NCBI GenBank assembly: GCA_001938485.1 | Contig: MQRK01217052.1 | Location: 1 to 64,000, forward strand | Direction of reading: 5' to 3' | Length of the DNA: 64,000 nt | From: Girardia tigrina | Taxonomy: Eukaryota | Shown here: positions 1-12,315 of the stretch, one piece after another | Layout: the number at the start of each line of letters is the position of its first letter | Position numbering within the stretch: the stretch's first letter is position 1 | Notes under the pieces: generated by a model | What the model saw: only the letters and a program-made list of their open reading frames with translations | The model's database searches: none | What the model was told of the DNA's origin: nothing | Made by a program: the position numbers and the translations under genes

Positions 1-52
<52 letters not shown>
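1..52. repeat. (TA)n microsatellite; similar tracts near 21833, 25002, 44868, 45560, 50967 and 57687, several containing N gaps
   Basis: Perfect AT dinucleotide run seen directly. Confidence 0.98.
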
Positions 53-57
<5 letters not shown>

Positions 58-470
58 TATTTGGTTGACAGATTTAGACACCCTATCTGTAAAAGGTTTA
101 CCAGTATTGAGAATTATATAATTTTTTTTTCATCAGAAAAACCCATTTACTAAAATTATAGCGATCATGCCTTCATTACGTTTTAGACAGAGACTCTTTC
201 AAACATATTTTGAAAGTTAAAATAATTTTGCATTCTGTTTCGTAATATTTTAATCTAAAATTTTTCAATGAACATTGTATTATTCTTAGTGATACTTCCA
301 ATTCTACTTATTATCTATTTTTGGTTACTAGTCTTACAACCATATTGCTTTATTTTCTCCTCTTGGTGGTTCATCTATAACAGATCAAGTTTACTCATAT
401 TTTTGTTATATGCATTGTTCCGGCCGATCCCCAGATTGCCCAGAAGTCCAGTCGCTGACAGCAGCGGTCC

Positions 471-1133
471 GTAATGAATTTTCAAAGAGGAGCTCGGTCT
501 CATCGTGCTTGGCCTGCTTTGATAAATGTTTGTTAGGGGAATTCGTCATTGTCTCTTTTAAAGTCAAAATCTAAATTTCAAAATTTGCCTCACAATATTC
601 ATCAATCGAGAAAAAAAAGATGTTATTCATAAATCAAGAAACAGTTCATTAACTCAAATATTCGTCTTTCAAAAAAAATTTTAATTGTTCAACACGATAC
701 AAAAGTACTCCAGATATCAAATAAATTTTAAATAAGACCCAAAAAGAGTAAAAATAAAAACTCTGTTTTTAATTTGCAAAAAAAATAATTGACATTGAAT
801 CGTACAATTTAAATTCGCAACAAGTTTGGTAACAATATGATTAAAGCGAAATCCTTTTAACTCGATGAAGTGAGAAATTCATAAAAAATAAATATTGGAA
901 AACATTCAAAAAAAAATTTCACAAAAATTTCATAAATCGAATAAACAAATTCTTTCATTTCATTTGATTAAGTTAAGAGCATATTTCATTTTATTTTACA
1001 TTGCTAAAAAAGTGAGAAAATTTTAATCAATTTTACTCTCTCTGATCTGGTCCAATCAGAGCAAGTGTTTTTCTCTATCGGCCAATTAGAACATTTTCAC
1101 ACATACCGTTCGACACACACAACATTCCTCACA
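471..1133 (-). mobile_element. Possible divergent LTR related to the TGTGAGGAAT family
   Basis: Minus strand begins TGTGAGGAATG at 1133, followed by a GT-rich tract and two CCAAT-type boxes. Putative end ATTCATTAC at ~471; this boundary is uncertain. Confidence 0.3.
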
Positions 1134-1499
1134 GAAAACTCGGCACACAATGTTCGGTCAATCAAATGAAATTCAAATCAAACAAAAAGTCATATGACTC
1201 ATAATGAACATTAATAATAATTGAATAAAATTTAATCATTTCAAAGTTAAAATAATTTTTCATATTATATTTTATTTTTATTTTTTTGTTTAATCATTAT
1301 TTAATTCTTTTTAATTATTTATATCGCTTATTTAAAATATCTACTATATGTAACAATCAAACGATAAAAAATTTATTGATTGTCATTCTAAAAGATAGAC
1401 AATGTTCTAGATTTGAATTGACATGAGAAGAGTCTGGAAGAATGGTTTAAAAATAAATAATGATTATAGAGTTTAATAAAACTAATTTATATCCCGAAC

Positions 1500-4400
1500 A
1501 TACATTTTTTGGCTATTCTGCATTCCGCCGGCGCGCCACAGCCACAAAACCGCTGCGCCCGCTCTTGGATCACCACATGACCTGTTCCAATGTTTTACAG
1601 CCAATCTATCGTGATATAAATGGCAGATGGATCCGATTTCTAGAGAAAACAGAAGCAGCAGAACCACGGAAGTTCACATTGATGGAACTAGCCAAAAAAT
1701 GAGATTTAAAGCGATAGAGGTCGAGGCAGGAGGCATATACTCATGAGAAGACATACAGAATGCCAGAGAGCACATACTATTTCCAAAAAAACAAGAGTTC
1801 AAATATTATCCGATATGGTGAATGTCGCAATGCAACATTCAGAAGATGGAGAAAGCAAGAAGATGAGTTGAGACAAGTTAAAAAATCTCGTAAGAGCTTT
1901 CGTAGAAACACTCCAAGATGGGCACATCTTGAAAATGATCTTAAGAATTGGGTCTATGAAATGAGATCGGTTGGTAGAAGCATTTCAACGGTCTCTATAC
2001 GGCTGAAAGCCACGACACTAGCTAAAGAATTGGGAATTATGAATTTCTCAGGAGGACAATCTTGGTGCACCGGATTCATGAAACGAAATAATCTTTCGAT
2101 TCAGTGCAAAAGGACATTAGCCCAACGTTTTCCTGCAGATTTTGAAGAGAAGGCCAGGATACTCAGTGAGTTTTGTTAAACAAAAATTACAGAGAAGAAT
2201 ATATATCATGATAACATTTTCAATATGGATGAAGTATATATCCCTTGTGATATGCCAGTTAATCACACCATTGATCAGGTTGGTGCTAAATCAGTTCCAA
2301 TTATGACAACGGGAAACGAAAAAACATCATGTACTGTTGTTTTAGCTTGTTCTTCGAGTGGATTAAAATTACCACCAATGGTAATTTTTAAAAGGAAAAC
2401 GTTGCCTAAAGGTAAATTTCCTGATGGAGTTGTAGTAAAGGCAAATGAAAAAGGATGGATGGACGAAAAATTATTGCAAGCATGGGTTGGTGAAGTTTTT
2501 ATTAAGACACCAGGTGGGTTCTTCCACACATCATCCTCAATGCTTATCTGTGACTCAATGCGTGCACATCTTACCGAAGCTGTAAAGTCATTACTGAGAC
2601 TTATCAATACTGTCTTATCGGTTATCCCTGGCGGATTGACTAAGATTGTTCAACCTCTAGATATCTCAGTCAATAAATCATTTAAAGCCAAATTAATAAA
2701 CACTTGGAAAGAGTGGATGATGTCCGGAGATCATACTTTTACTAAAATAGGTACAGTGCGTTCCCAAAGTCTGTTCGCACCCATAAAAATCAGCACTTAT
2801 ACAAATTTCCTAAGTAAAAAGACGATGAAGTGGAAGTAAATATTATATTTACAAATAAAAATGTTATTTTTAATATTTTGTGTGGTATCCTTTCATCTTG
2901 ATGATTGAAGACACCCTTCGCGGCATCGAATCGACAAGTCGACGACATAAAGAACTTGGTATGTTATACCATAACTTTTGTATTTCTATCCACATTTTCT
3001 GTGAATTCAAAGTATCCATATTATTTATTTTTCTCTTTATAATACCCCAAAAATTCTCAATTGGGTTTACATCTGGTGAGTTGGCAGGCCAATCAAGAAT
3101 ATTTATCTTCTTTGTTTTCAAAAAAGACACTNNNNNNNNNNNNNNNNNNNNNNNNNNNNNNNNNNNNNNNNNNNNNNNNNNNGGAAGAGGGAATACCAAG
3201 CATTGCCCTGTAATGTCTATGTTATTGACAATTAGGTCTTGATAGTTCTTCGAATTTAAATTTCCGTTTATCCGTTTTAAGATACCAACACCAAATCTGG
3301 AAAAGATCCCCATACATAAACTTTGGCACCGTGTTGGAGGACCTTCTTAGTACAAATGTGACTAAGCCTTTCATTGTCAAACCTTCTAACGATTTTGCTA
3401 CGAGTGTGGCTATATGTACGGAACATAGATTCATCGCTAAAAACTACATTCGACCACTTATCGATGTCCCAATTTTGTTTATCCCGAGCTCATTCAACTC
3501 TTCTTTTTCGTTGCTTTCCATTCAATAAAGGCTTGCAAACAGCATAATGACTTTTTAAGCCGTACTTTATCAAAATTCTATTCACTGCACTTCGTTATAC
3601 ATGTGTCATTCCAGCTGCATTGAAAGCTCCTGTTATTTTACTTATCGACATGCGCCTATTTTTCAAGCATATACGGCGAATAATTCTTTCAGAACGTTTT
3701 GGTAATTTTGAAGGTCGTCCACTACGTTTTTTATCATCATATGTACCTAATGTCTTGAACTTATGTACAATTTTTTGAATGCCCCGCTTTGAAACAATAA
3801 TACCATGTCTAACCTTCATAATTTCTTGTATCCGACCCGTTGAATGACCCTCGTTCATTAATTCTACAATAATAATCCTAAGCCTTATATCTATATTTTG
3901 AGTTGTCATTGAATCTAAAAGATAGACATTTAATTAATTCATCTTAAAAAAGATGGTCTTGATATTTCAATTTTAAATTTACTAAAATTATTTAAATTAA
4001 AGCATTTAAACAAATTAAAAAATTTAATAAATAGCATAAATCAAAATTTCAATGGGTACGAACAGATCTTTGGAAAGCACTGTAGACAGCGAAGAGTTGA
4101 CTTTGTTACTATAACTAAATGGATTCTTGGAAGTTGGAACACTATTCCAACATCAACAATCATTAACGGTTTCATTAAGGCAGGCATTATTAATAGTTCT
4201 GGCGTACAAGGTGTAATTAAGACTAAAAATCAAGCTGTGGATTCAGATGCAGTAACTGATAGAAATTCTGAGAATCATGAAAATTTAAATGATTTCTTAG
4301 AAAACTAATAAAATATTTTGGTGAATATATTATTTAGTGTTATTAGTTTATTTCCTTTGAACTGATTTATTTAAAATGGGCTTAAAATCCTTACATTTAG

Positions 4401-4516
4401 TGTGCGGCTTATAATACGGAGTATTGTACATGCGGCTTATACGTTAAAGTTTTTTTTTGAAAAGCAGGCAATGTGCGGCTTATAATACAGGTCCTTATAT
4501 TGCGGAAATTACGGTA
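1500..4516 (+). mobile_element. Pogo/Tigger-type DNA transposon (CENP-B-like HTH + DDE_1 transposase pseudogene) interrupted by a Tc1 insertion
   Basis: ORFs 1760-2179 (LENDLKNW...GWCTGFMKR-like HTH) and 2225-2750 (MDE, GNEK, KLPPMVIFK, KGWMD, CDSMRAH, IPGGLT..QPLD). The frame resumes after the Tc1 at 4085 (TKIG|RQRRVDFVTITKWI...INGFIKAGI). Right end CTTATATTGCGGAAATTACGG-TA at 4514-4516 with GCGGCTTATA subterminal repeats. Left end degraded. Confidence 0.9.
2754..4082 (-). mobile_element. Tc1-family (DD34E-type) transposon with disrupted transposase
   Basis: Imperfect TIRs CAGTGCGTTCCCAAAGTCTGTTCGCACCCA / TGGGTACGAACAGATCTTTGGAAAGCACTG, with TA at 2752-2753 and 4083-4084. ORF 3595-3909 has the HTH with RSGRP; ORF 2870-3313 has WPANSPDVNPIENFW...SMPRR...GYHTKY. 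Confidence 0.95.
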
Positions 4517-6106
4517 AGTTAAACATTGAACTCAATATATCTTTAGGTAGGATAAGAACCAGTTTAAAGTATTTTAATTTATGAACTATAAACTTCTTAT
4601 TTTGTTAATTTCCATTCTTATTCATTTTTCGACGCCCACAGCTCAATAAGATTTGTCGTCGAAAATGATCCGAAAATATTTATTGGATCATCTCGCTTTG
4701 ATTTAATAAATTATTTATTTAATGATTCTTGAAAATAGACAGAGTAATTTTCTAATGATTTATTAACAATTCAATTTGTCAATAATCAAAGATTTATTAA
4801 CATCCTTCTTTTCTTTGAATTATGAAGTAAAACAGAAAATATTTAATTAAATATTATTTAAATTATTAATTTTAAATTAAATTAAGTGATCTTATATTTA
4901 AATAAAAATTAAAACGTATTGACAAATGCGTTTTGAATTATAATACATTTTTTCCGATGTTTTATTGGATTTATTTACGGGGTATTTTTTATTTAAAATA
5001 AAAATGTTTGCAGTTTGACCGACCTGCATCAAAAGAAAATTTTGTTTCGAAATTATTTTTTTTTAAACAAGTTTTTAGATCATTTTACGAAAATTTTTTT
5101 TTTAATTTTTCCTACAACTATTAATTACAAAGTTCACTTTCTTTGATCATGTTCTGATCGGATTTGAGTCTTCTCATTTAACGTATTTCTAGAATTCCGA
5201 ATGATAGGAAATACAATCGTGATTTAAATGACCCTCATTTTTTCATCTTTGTTTATTTATTTTTAGGAATTTATATATAATTTATTGGGAATATATGATA
5301 TAAAATTATTGATAACAATGGTCTATGAATTCTAATTTGAGTTAAACATCCAATATCAGAACGAATTTACATTCAAGTTTCACATCCAACTGTACAAATG
5401 TATAAATAATATTTTACAGATAATAATATTTTGATACTTCCCAAAAATATTTATCGAAGCTGTTGCTTTAATACTGTTAAAATAATAAACTATTTTTGAT
5501 TATTATAAACAAAAAAACTAAATTTTACTCTACACAATTTTTTCTGTCATTTTCGTTTTGGGAAATTGTTTTAATCGAAAAGATAAGGAATAAAATAATT
5601 AAAACCATTTGCAATTAGTTCTAATAATGGGAAAATTTTAACTTTAAGGTAATAAAAATCACAATTTAAATGCCATCATTTGATTTTGATAAACGAAAAA
5701 AATGTTAATTTTGTAAGTATAATAAATATAATTTAAAATCTTAAATGAAAACATTTTTTTAATTTGTCATTAAACAACAGAAAAAATATTTTGAATAAAA
5801 GTCAACATATTCATATTTATTATTCGATTATATTTACTTCTTTTACGAAAATCAAATATTATAAAAATATTTATCAAAAAAGTATGACAAATATGAATGA
5901 AGAGCAATGATATTTTATTTTCATTTACTAATTTTAATTATTAATAACTTAAAATAAATTATTATATGTATATAAATATAGAGAATCAAACAATCGTATC
6001 ATATTAATTGTATAAAAAAAGTTAGATCAGATATTGGAGTAAGTTTGCTTCAGTCTCTGAGATCATTTAGCTTACCTGTAAGAAACAACCACACATAGAT
6101 TGTATA

Positions 6107-6674
6107 TACGAGGGGCGTTCCGAACGTAAGTGGAAAAAAGGGAGACGACACTACAAGAAAGCATTTGTTGGAGGAATACAATGTCATTCATCATCCTCAT
6201 CACTGTCAAACTTTTCAAGATACTTACCAGAAATTGATGGTCTCCGATACTTTATTCACATTTTCTACCGTGCTCGTCGTTGCTGGACGTCCACTCCTGT
6301 CCTCGTCGTCCAAGGATTCACGTCCATTTTCGAATTGATGCACCCAATTGTAGACGGCAGACTTTTGCAGGGCTCTTCCTTGAAACACATTTGATAAGCG
6401 GCGCACAATGTCAGACACTGGAGTATCCTCTTTCCAAAGAAAAAGATGATGGCACGCTGAGAACGTACTGCGTCTTCCATGTGTTAAACAAAAATGAAAA
6501 CACTGCCTAAGACAGTTTCCTCTATGCTGCTCACATGTTGCATGGACCAAAGCCACTTTTTCTAATGGGCTGGTAAGTAAATCACGCCACCACGCCATCT
6601 TTCCCCCTGTAAGATGCACACACGCGCACACTCGAATATAAGTATTTCCACTTACTTTCGGAACGCCCCTCGTA
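6107..6674 (-). mobile_element. Internally deleted mariner (irritans-type TACGAGGGG ends)
   Basis: TIRs TA-CGAGGGGCGTTCCGAACGTAAGTGGAAA / TTTCCACTTACTTTCGGAACGCCCCTCG-TA. N-terminal HTH (VYNWVHQFENGRESLDDEDRSGRP) is joined directly to the C-terminal GKYLEK; the catalytic domain is absent. Confidence 0.93.
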
Positions 6675-9487
6675 TAAGGTTTTGCATGTCATTGGCTGTA
6701 TCTGTGGACTTAATACAAAAGAGACATCTGAACTCACTCCTCGATGATCCTTAAAGATCGATGTGTTTCTTCAGCACTGATCATTTCTTCCTTCTCCGTC
6801 GAGATTCAGAGTCTCCGCTGCTAAATGACTTTTAGTTTTTTGAATATCTTTGAAATTTTAGGTGACTTCTTCAATTGTGTTGCTCATTTGGTTGATTTGC
6901 ACTGATTGATGCGGTGATTCTCACAATTTTAGCTCCGTATAGTTTGTAATATTTATTGAAATGACTTAATAACCACCCCTTTGTTTTATAATTTTTTACA
7001 GCAGGTGCATTTGAAAAGTTGTGTGCCTTCTTTGGTATTCATCGTCGTTCTTGTTTCTAACAGGTTGGAAGGGGCCACAGCTTTATGATCTTTCTTAACA
7101 CGTCTTTTAAGCTTCTTTTGCTCGGCGAACTCCTTATCGAATTCCTCTTTTATGGATTTTAGAAACTTTTTTCTCTCTTTCATTAGTTTGGCTACACCTG
7201 TTTTTGACAAATAACCCATATCTTTTTGATTAAGGAGTTCACATACGTCTAACGAGCTCCACTGGGCTTTCTATATATGATGTAATTCACAAAGCCATTA
7301 CAGACAGTCTTGGGTCGAAAAAATTCACGGTATATCTACTAACAGACATTCAGAAATGGGATAATTTCTTCATTCACTGATTTGTTTGATGTAAATAAAA
7401 TCTTCTTTTGCTCCAATCTTATAATACAATGTAAGACATCTGTTGGCACTAATGTCAAGTGGTAGCAGAAGTCCAATATCCAATATCATTGAAACAATTT
7501 TGACAATACTTAAGTTTTTTCAAATATTCTTCTCCGAAAATGATGTTTTAATTAATAGTTTTTGCTCTCCAGTAATTTCATTTTTTTAATAATTTCCTAA
7601 ACTTTATTTGTGTATTTAAATAATCCAATGTGACCTTAATGTTATCATCAATATGTTTGTTTGTGTACATGTTATCTTTCAAGTATCTTCTAAAAATTTT
7701 TAAACATGAACAGCGGTGTAAAATTGGAAGACAAATTTCGAACTTTTCGAACTAAGCTTATTATCATACAATACCTATATTTTTATAGACAAAAGTCTGT
7801 TGGATTATGTAGAGACCTGTGTCTGTTGTCTTTTTGTATTCAGTTAGATATCTGCAAACAATATCATTATAATTAAATATTAGAATCTTAATGTTTATTT
7901 TTTTTAATGTTTTAGTAATAAATATAAGATTTTTGAAATAATAAAACTTTGAAATTTTAATCTTAGTAAAACTTTCACTAAAATATTTTATGTTTATTGA
8001 TAATGTTTTTCGTCTTTTAAATTCTCCTGGTTTTCATTTTTTCTTTTTGTATCTTTATTAGTAGCCTTCCTCCACAAGACATTGGTAGAAAGAATTGTTA
8101 GAGTTATAAGAGAAGTGATAATATAATGATGTTTATATGAAGAATTATTTTTCCATTCATCGTAACTTGACGATTAAATTAATAATTTAAACATTTAATC
8201 CATTTATAAAAATAAATAATATTATTTAAAATTTATAAAAAATAATTATCAATTATTAATATTATTGGTATTATTATTCATATTATTATTATTATTACAG
8301 AAATTAAAAAAATATTTTTTAACTAATAAAATACACTTAAATCAAAAAGTTTTTTTATGTTCAATTATTTTTTATTATAAGTCAAAATAAGGTTTTATTA
8401 TGAAAATATTTTTTTTGTTTGAATTATATCTGTTGAAAATTATGACAGACAAAAATCCATAATTAGCGATTCAAAGAAAATTTGGAAAACGTGTAACCAT
8501 TATTTATTTTCTATAAGTTAATGGAACAATTAATATAATTGTTAGTTTTTGCTTGACGAAGTTTGGGGAAATTCATCTTAATTCTGAAATGATAATTCTT
8601 TCATTAAGGTTTATTTAGAATAATTATTCCCAATCTCGTAGTTAAATTATAAATATTTTAGTTTATAAATAAACAAAGAAATTATTTTACATTTTACAAA
8701 GATAAACTATATTTTGTGAAAAAGACTTTCTCTTTTTTATGATTGTTTGAGGTAAATTTATTTTAATTGACGAATAGTAGACATTTAAGAAAGAAATATT
8801 TATTTATAAAAAGTTTTTTATATATAAACTTAAATAATTATTAATTTCCAAATGAAAGTTCATCAGAAAACATTATTTTTATAATATATACTAGTAAAAT
8901 ATTTTAATAAATTTGTTTATTTTCTTTTTTGTTTTATTTTACTTCCAATCTTCTCTAATTACTAAGTATTTTCACACTCTACGTAAATCCCGATTACTTA
9001 CAGTCACGGAGCTGAAACTTTAAACAAATTAATTTCATTGGCTGACGCGAACTATCAATTATTCAGAGCTATACGACAATTCTAAAAATTTTGTACTTAT
9101 GGTAAGTTTTTCACATCTTTTGTAAAATTGAATAGGATTTTTATTTTATAAATAATTTAAATTTAATTTATATATTTCAAAATGATAATTTAGATGTCTT
9201 AAAAATTGTAATAATAATGTTTTTAAATTAGCTGTTTAGTATTCAGATATGGTTTTTCAAGTTGCTATTATTAATGAACGTTATTGTAAAATAAGGTGCT
9301 AATTTCTTTGAAGTGACCAAATTTATTTCTCAAAAGTAATAACAACATTTACTAAAACGTTTTGATGAAAACCACGTCCTTAGTGTTATCAAATTCACTA
9401 AAATATCTTTGCTACAAATATTTGTACGTATTTAAACAATATATCAAATACAAATTTTAATCGAAGCAATAAGAAGAATCAATAACA

Positions 9488-9571
9488 TATCAATCCCATC
9501 TGAGTAGGAGAGTAAACAATCTAAACAGCGCACAAACAACAAACTTACAACATTCCAAATTTTCCTTCACA
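9488..9571 (-). mobile_element. 5' fragment of LTR (TGTGAGGAAT family)
   Basis: Near-identical to 35550-35632; TGTGAAGGAAA start and CTCCTACTCAGATGGGATTGA box. Confidence 0.75.
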
Positions 9572-10045
9572 GTAGCATTTGCAGAGATCACTCGGAAAAC
9601 AAAATAGGATATAGTTCCGGCTATTATTGCTTGATAAAATTTTCTTTGGAAAAATATTTGTTTAGAGATAATTTCTTCGAATAAATGTCTAGAGTTCATT
9701 TCGATGAATAAATGAACTGAATGGTTTTTAACTGTAAAAAAAAGAGAGTTGAGTTTTTTTTCTCTAACTTGATTTGACTTTGAAGTGGTCGATAGGTCCT
9801 TTAATTCTCTATTTTTTTGTTTCCAATATAATTATTAATTATCAATTTTTTCTGAATTTTAAATTTATTTATTGATTAACTCATTATACAATTTTAATTA
9901 TTTGTTTAAGGCTATTTATATTCATTTAAAGTGTTTGGTATCAACCGTCTGGCAGCAACAATTTTATGAATTGTTTCCTAAACGGCTTTGGTTCCAATCC
10001 GTTAAGTAGTACGAAAAATAAATAAAAAAATATTATAGATATATA

Positions 10046-11251
10046 TATTAGGTTGTTCGATATGAAACGGGTCAAACTTCACACCTTACATTTCAATCGC
10101 GTATAACTTAACTTTGAACTATCGTATGAAAATAAATAAGGTATTTCTTGACAGATNNNNNNNNNNNNNNNNNNNNNNNNNNNNNNNNNNNNNNNNNNNN
10201 NNNNNNNNNNNNNNNNNNNNNNNNNNNNNNNNNNNNNNNNNNNNNNNNNNNNNNNNNNNNNNNNNNNNNNNNNNNNNNNNNNNNNNNNNNNNNNNNNNNN
10301 NNNNNNNNNNNNNNNNNNNNNNNNNNNNNNNNNNNNNNNNNNNNNNNNNNNNNNNNNNNNNNNNNNNNNNNNNNNNNNNNNNNNNNNNNNNNNNNNNNNN
10401 NNNNNNNNNNNNNNNNNNNNNNNNNNNNNNNNNNNNNNNNNNNNNNNNNNNNNNNNNNNNNNNNNNNNNNNNNNNNNNNNNNNNNNNNNNNNNNNNNNNN
10501 NNNNNNNNNNNNNNNNNNNNNNNNNNNNNNNNNNNNNNNNNNNNNNNNNNNNNNNNNNNNNNNNNNNNNNNNNNNNNNNNNNNNNNNNNNNNNNNNNNNN
10601 NNNNNNNNNNNNNNNNNNNNNNNNNNNNNNNNNNNNNNNNNNNNNNNNNNNNNNNNNNNNNNNNNNNNNNNNNNNNNNNNNNNNNNNNNNNNNNNNNNNN
10701 NNNNNNNNNNNNNNNNNNNNNNNNNNNNNNNNNNNNNNNNNNNNNNNNNNNNNNNNNNNNNNNNNNNNNNNNNNNNNNNNNNNNNNNNNNNNNNNNNNNN
10801 NNNNNNNNNNNNNNNNNNNNNNNNNNNNNNNNNNNNNNNNNNNNNNNNNNNNNNNNNNNNNNNNNNNNNNNNNNNNNNNNNNNNNNNNNNNNNNNNNNNN
10901 NNNNNNNNNNNNNNNNNNNNNNNNNNNNNNNNNNNNNNNNNNNNNNNNNNNNNNNNNNNNNNNNNNNNNNNNNNNNNNNNNNNNNNNNNNNNNNNNNNNN
11001 NNNNNNNNNNNNNNNNNNNNNNNNNNNNNNNNNNNNNNNNNNNNNNNNNNNNNNNNNNNNNNNNNNNNNNNNNNNNNNNNNNNNNNNNNNNNNNNNNNNN
11101 NNNNNNNNNNNNNNNNNNNNNNNNNNNNNNNNNNNNNAGTGTGTTGACAACATGGGGGATATTTTGATTAAAAATAAAATGTTATTATTTAAAAAAAATC
11201 GATTTACATTTTACTTTAATTTTGACCCGTTTCATATCGAACAACCTAATA
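10046..11251 (+). mobile_element. Mariner element (cecropia-type ends), interior mostly N gap
   Basis: Perfect TIRs TTAGGTTGTTCGATATGAAACGGGTCAAA / TTTGACCCGTTTCATATCGAACAACCTAA flanked by TA. Transposase C-terminus CVDN.G.YFD-like just after the gap. Confidence 0.92.
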
Positions 11252-11416
11252 TCTGTGTTTTTTTTTATTTTGTCTTCGAAACTAGTGGTAGGCAATATTA
11301 CAATTGCAGTATGTAATTTGACTATAAAATCTGATTTTCAATCTGTGAAAGTAAAATTGCTCTCTGACAATGATTTAAATAATATAAAATTTAAGTGTGG
11401 ACGAATTAAAATTACC

Positions 11417-12315
11417 TTATTTATCTTAGTTAACTTCAAATATCTTGTTATATCTGGTCATGTATCATGTTTCTGAGAGTTATATTAGGCTTTATTTGCT
11501 GCTTGAGTGTCCATAAAAGTCTCATTTTTATAAAGGACCAAATAGCACTTGGTCTGATTTAATGAAACAGTTATGTTTTTCGAACATTTTGTATTATTCC
11601 TTTGTTATTTAATAAAATTCAGATTATAATGACAGAAATAACCACATTCGCATTCACAAGTTCTTTGTGCTTTAATTCCTGATAAAATAAAAACAAGTGA
11701 GTATGAGGCAATAAGAAAAAAATTGTCAGCTTCACAACATAACTTTTGGCAAATTAAAAACGAAAAAGGTACCGTTAATATTATTTAAAGCTATCTTTTC
11801 TAATGTAGATATTTTTGAATGTTTCTCCTCTAGTCAAAAATATGACAAAAAAGTATTTAATCGTAAAATTTATAAACTATCAATTATTCGGAATCAACAC
11901 TTCCATAAATTTGAACATATTAATAAATTAATCTGAAAAAACGTATTAAGGTTATTATAATTATAAAAAAATTCGACCATGAATTTTATCGGATGCTAGC
12001 AATGACAATGGTAATCATTGCATTCTTTAACGTATACGTTGAGCGCAAGAGGACTTTAATTAACCAAACATTATAAAATTTTGCCAAAAAAAGTTATAAT
12101 ATTTACTTTAACTTTATTTTTATGGCTCAAGTTTCAACATTACGACTTTTAAAATGATAATGTTAGCGTAAAAAGAAAAGCATCCACAATAAATCTTTTA
12201 AACGTAGTAAGCATTTTTTGTCTTTTATCTTCCGATCTTTGTAGCCAGTCTCAAACAAGAAGTTGTACTTATGTTGAGTTGACTGTAAAATGTAGTATAT
12301 TGAATTCTAAAGGAG
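11417..12315 (-). pseudogene. Probable decayed exons of a Cys-rich extracellular (C-type lectin/TSP1-like) gene
   Basis: Acceptor TTTTATCAG at 11679-11687, then GIKAQRTCECECGYFC...*...TKCSKNITVSLNQTKCYLVLYKNETF, ending at AAG|GTAATT near 11417. Upstream segment SCLRLATKIGR*KTK...KRFI resembles the C-terminal half of a C-type lectin domain. In-frame stops present. Confidence 0.35.

Noticed and set aside
410-520. GC-rich patch as an HDV-like ribozyme
   Set aside because: I could not form the P1/P3 nested pseudoknot; it is more likely a retroelement leader.
10114-11316. Long ORFs of 339-400 aa
   Set aside because: Artefacts of translating the N gap; the same applies to the IYIY ORFs at 50901 and 57645.
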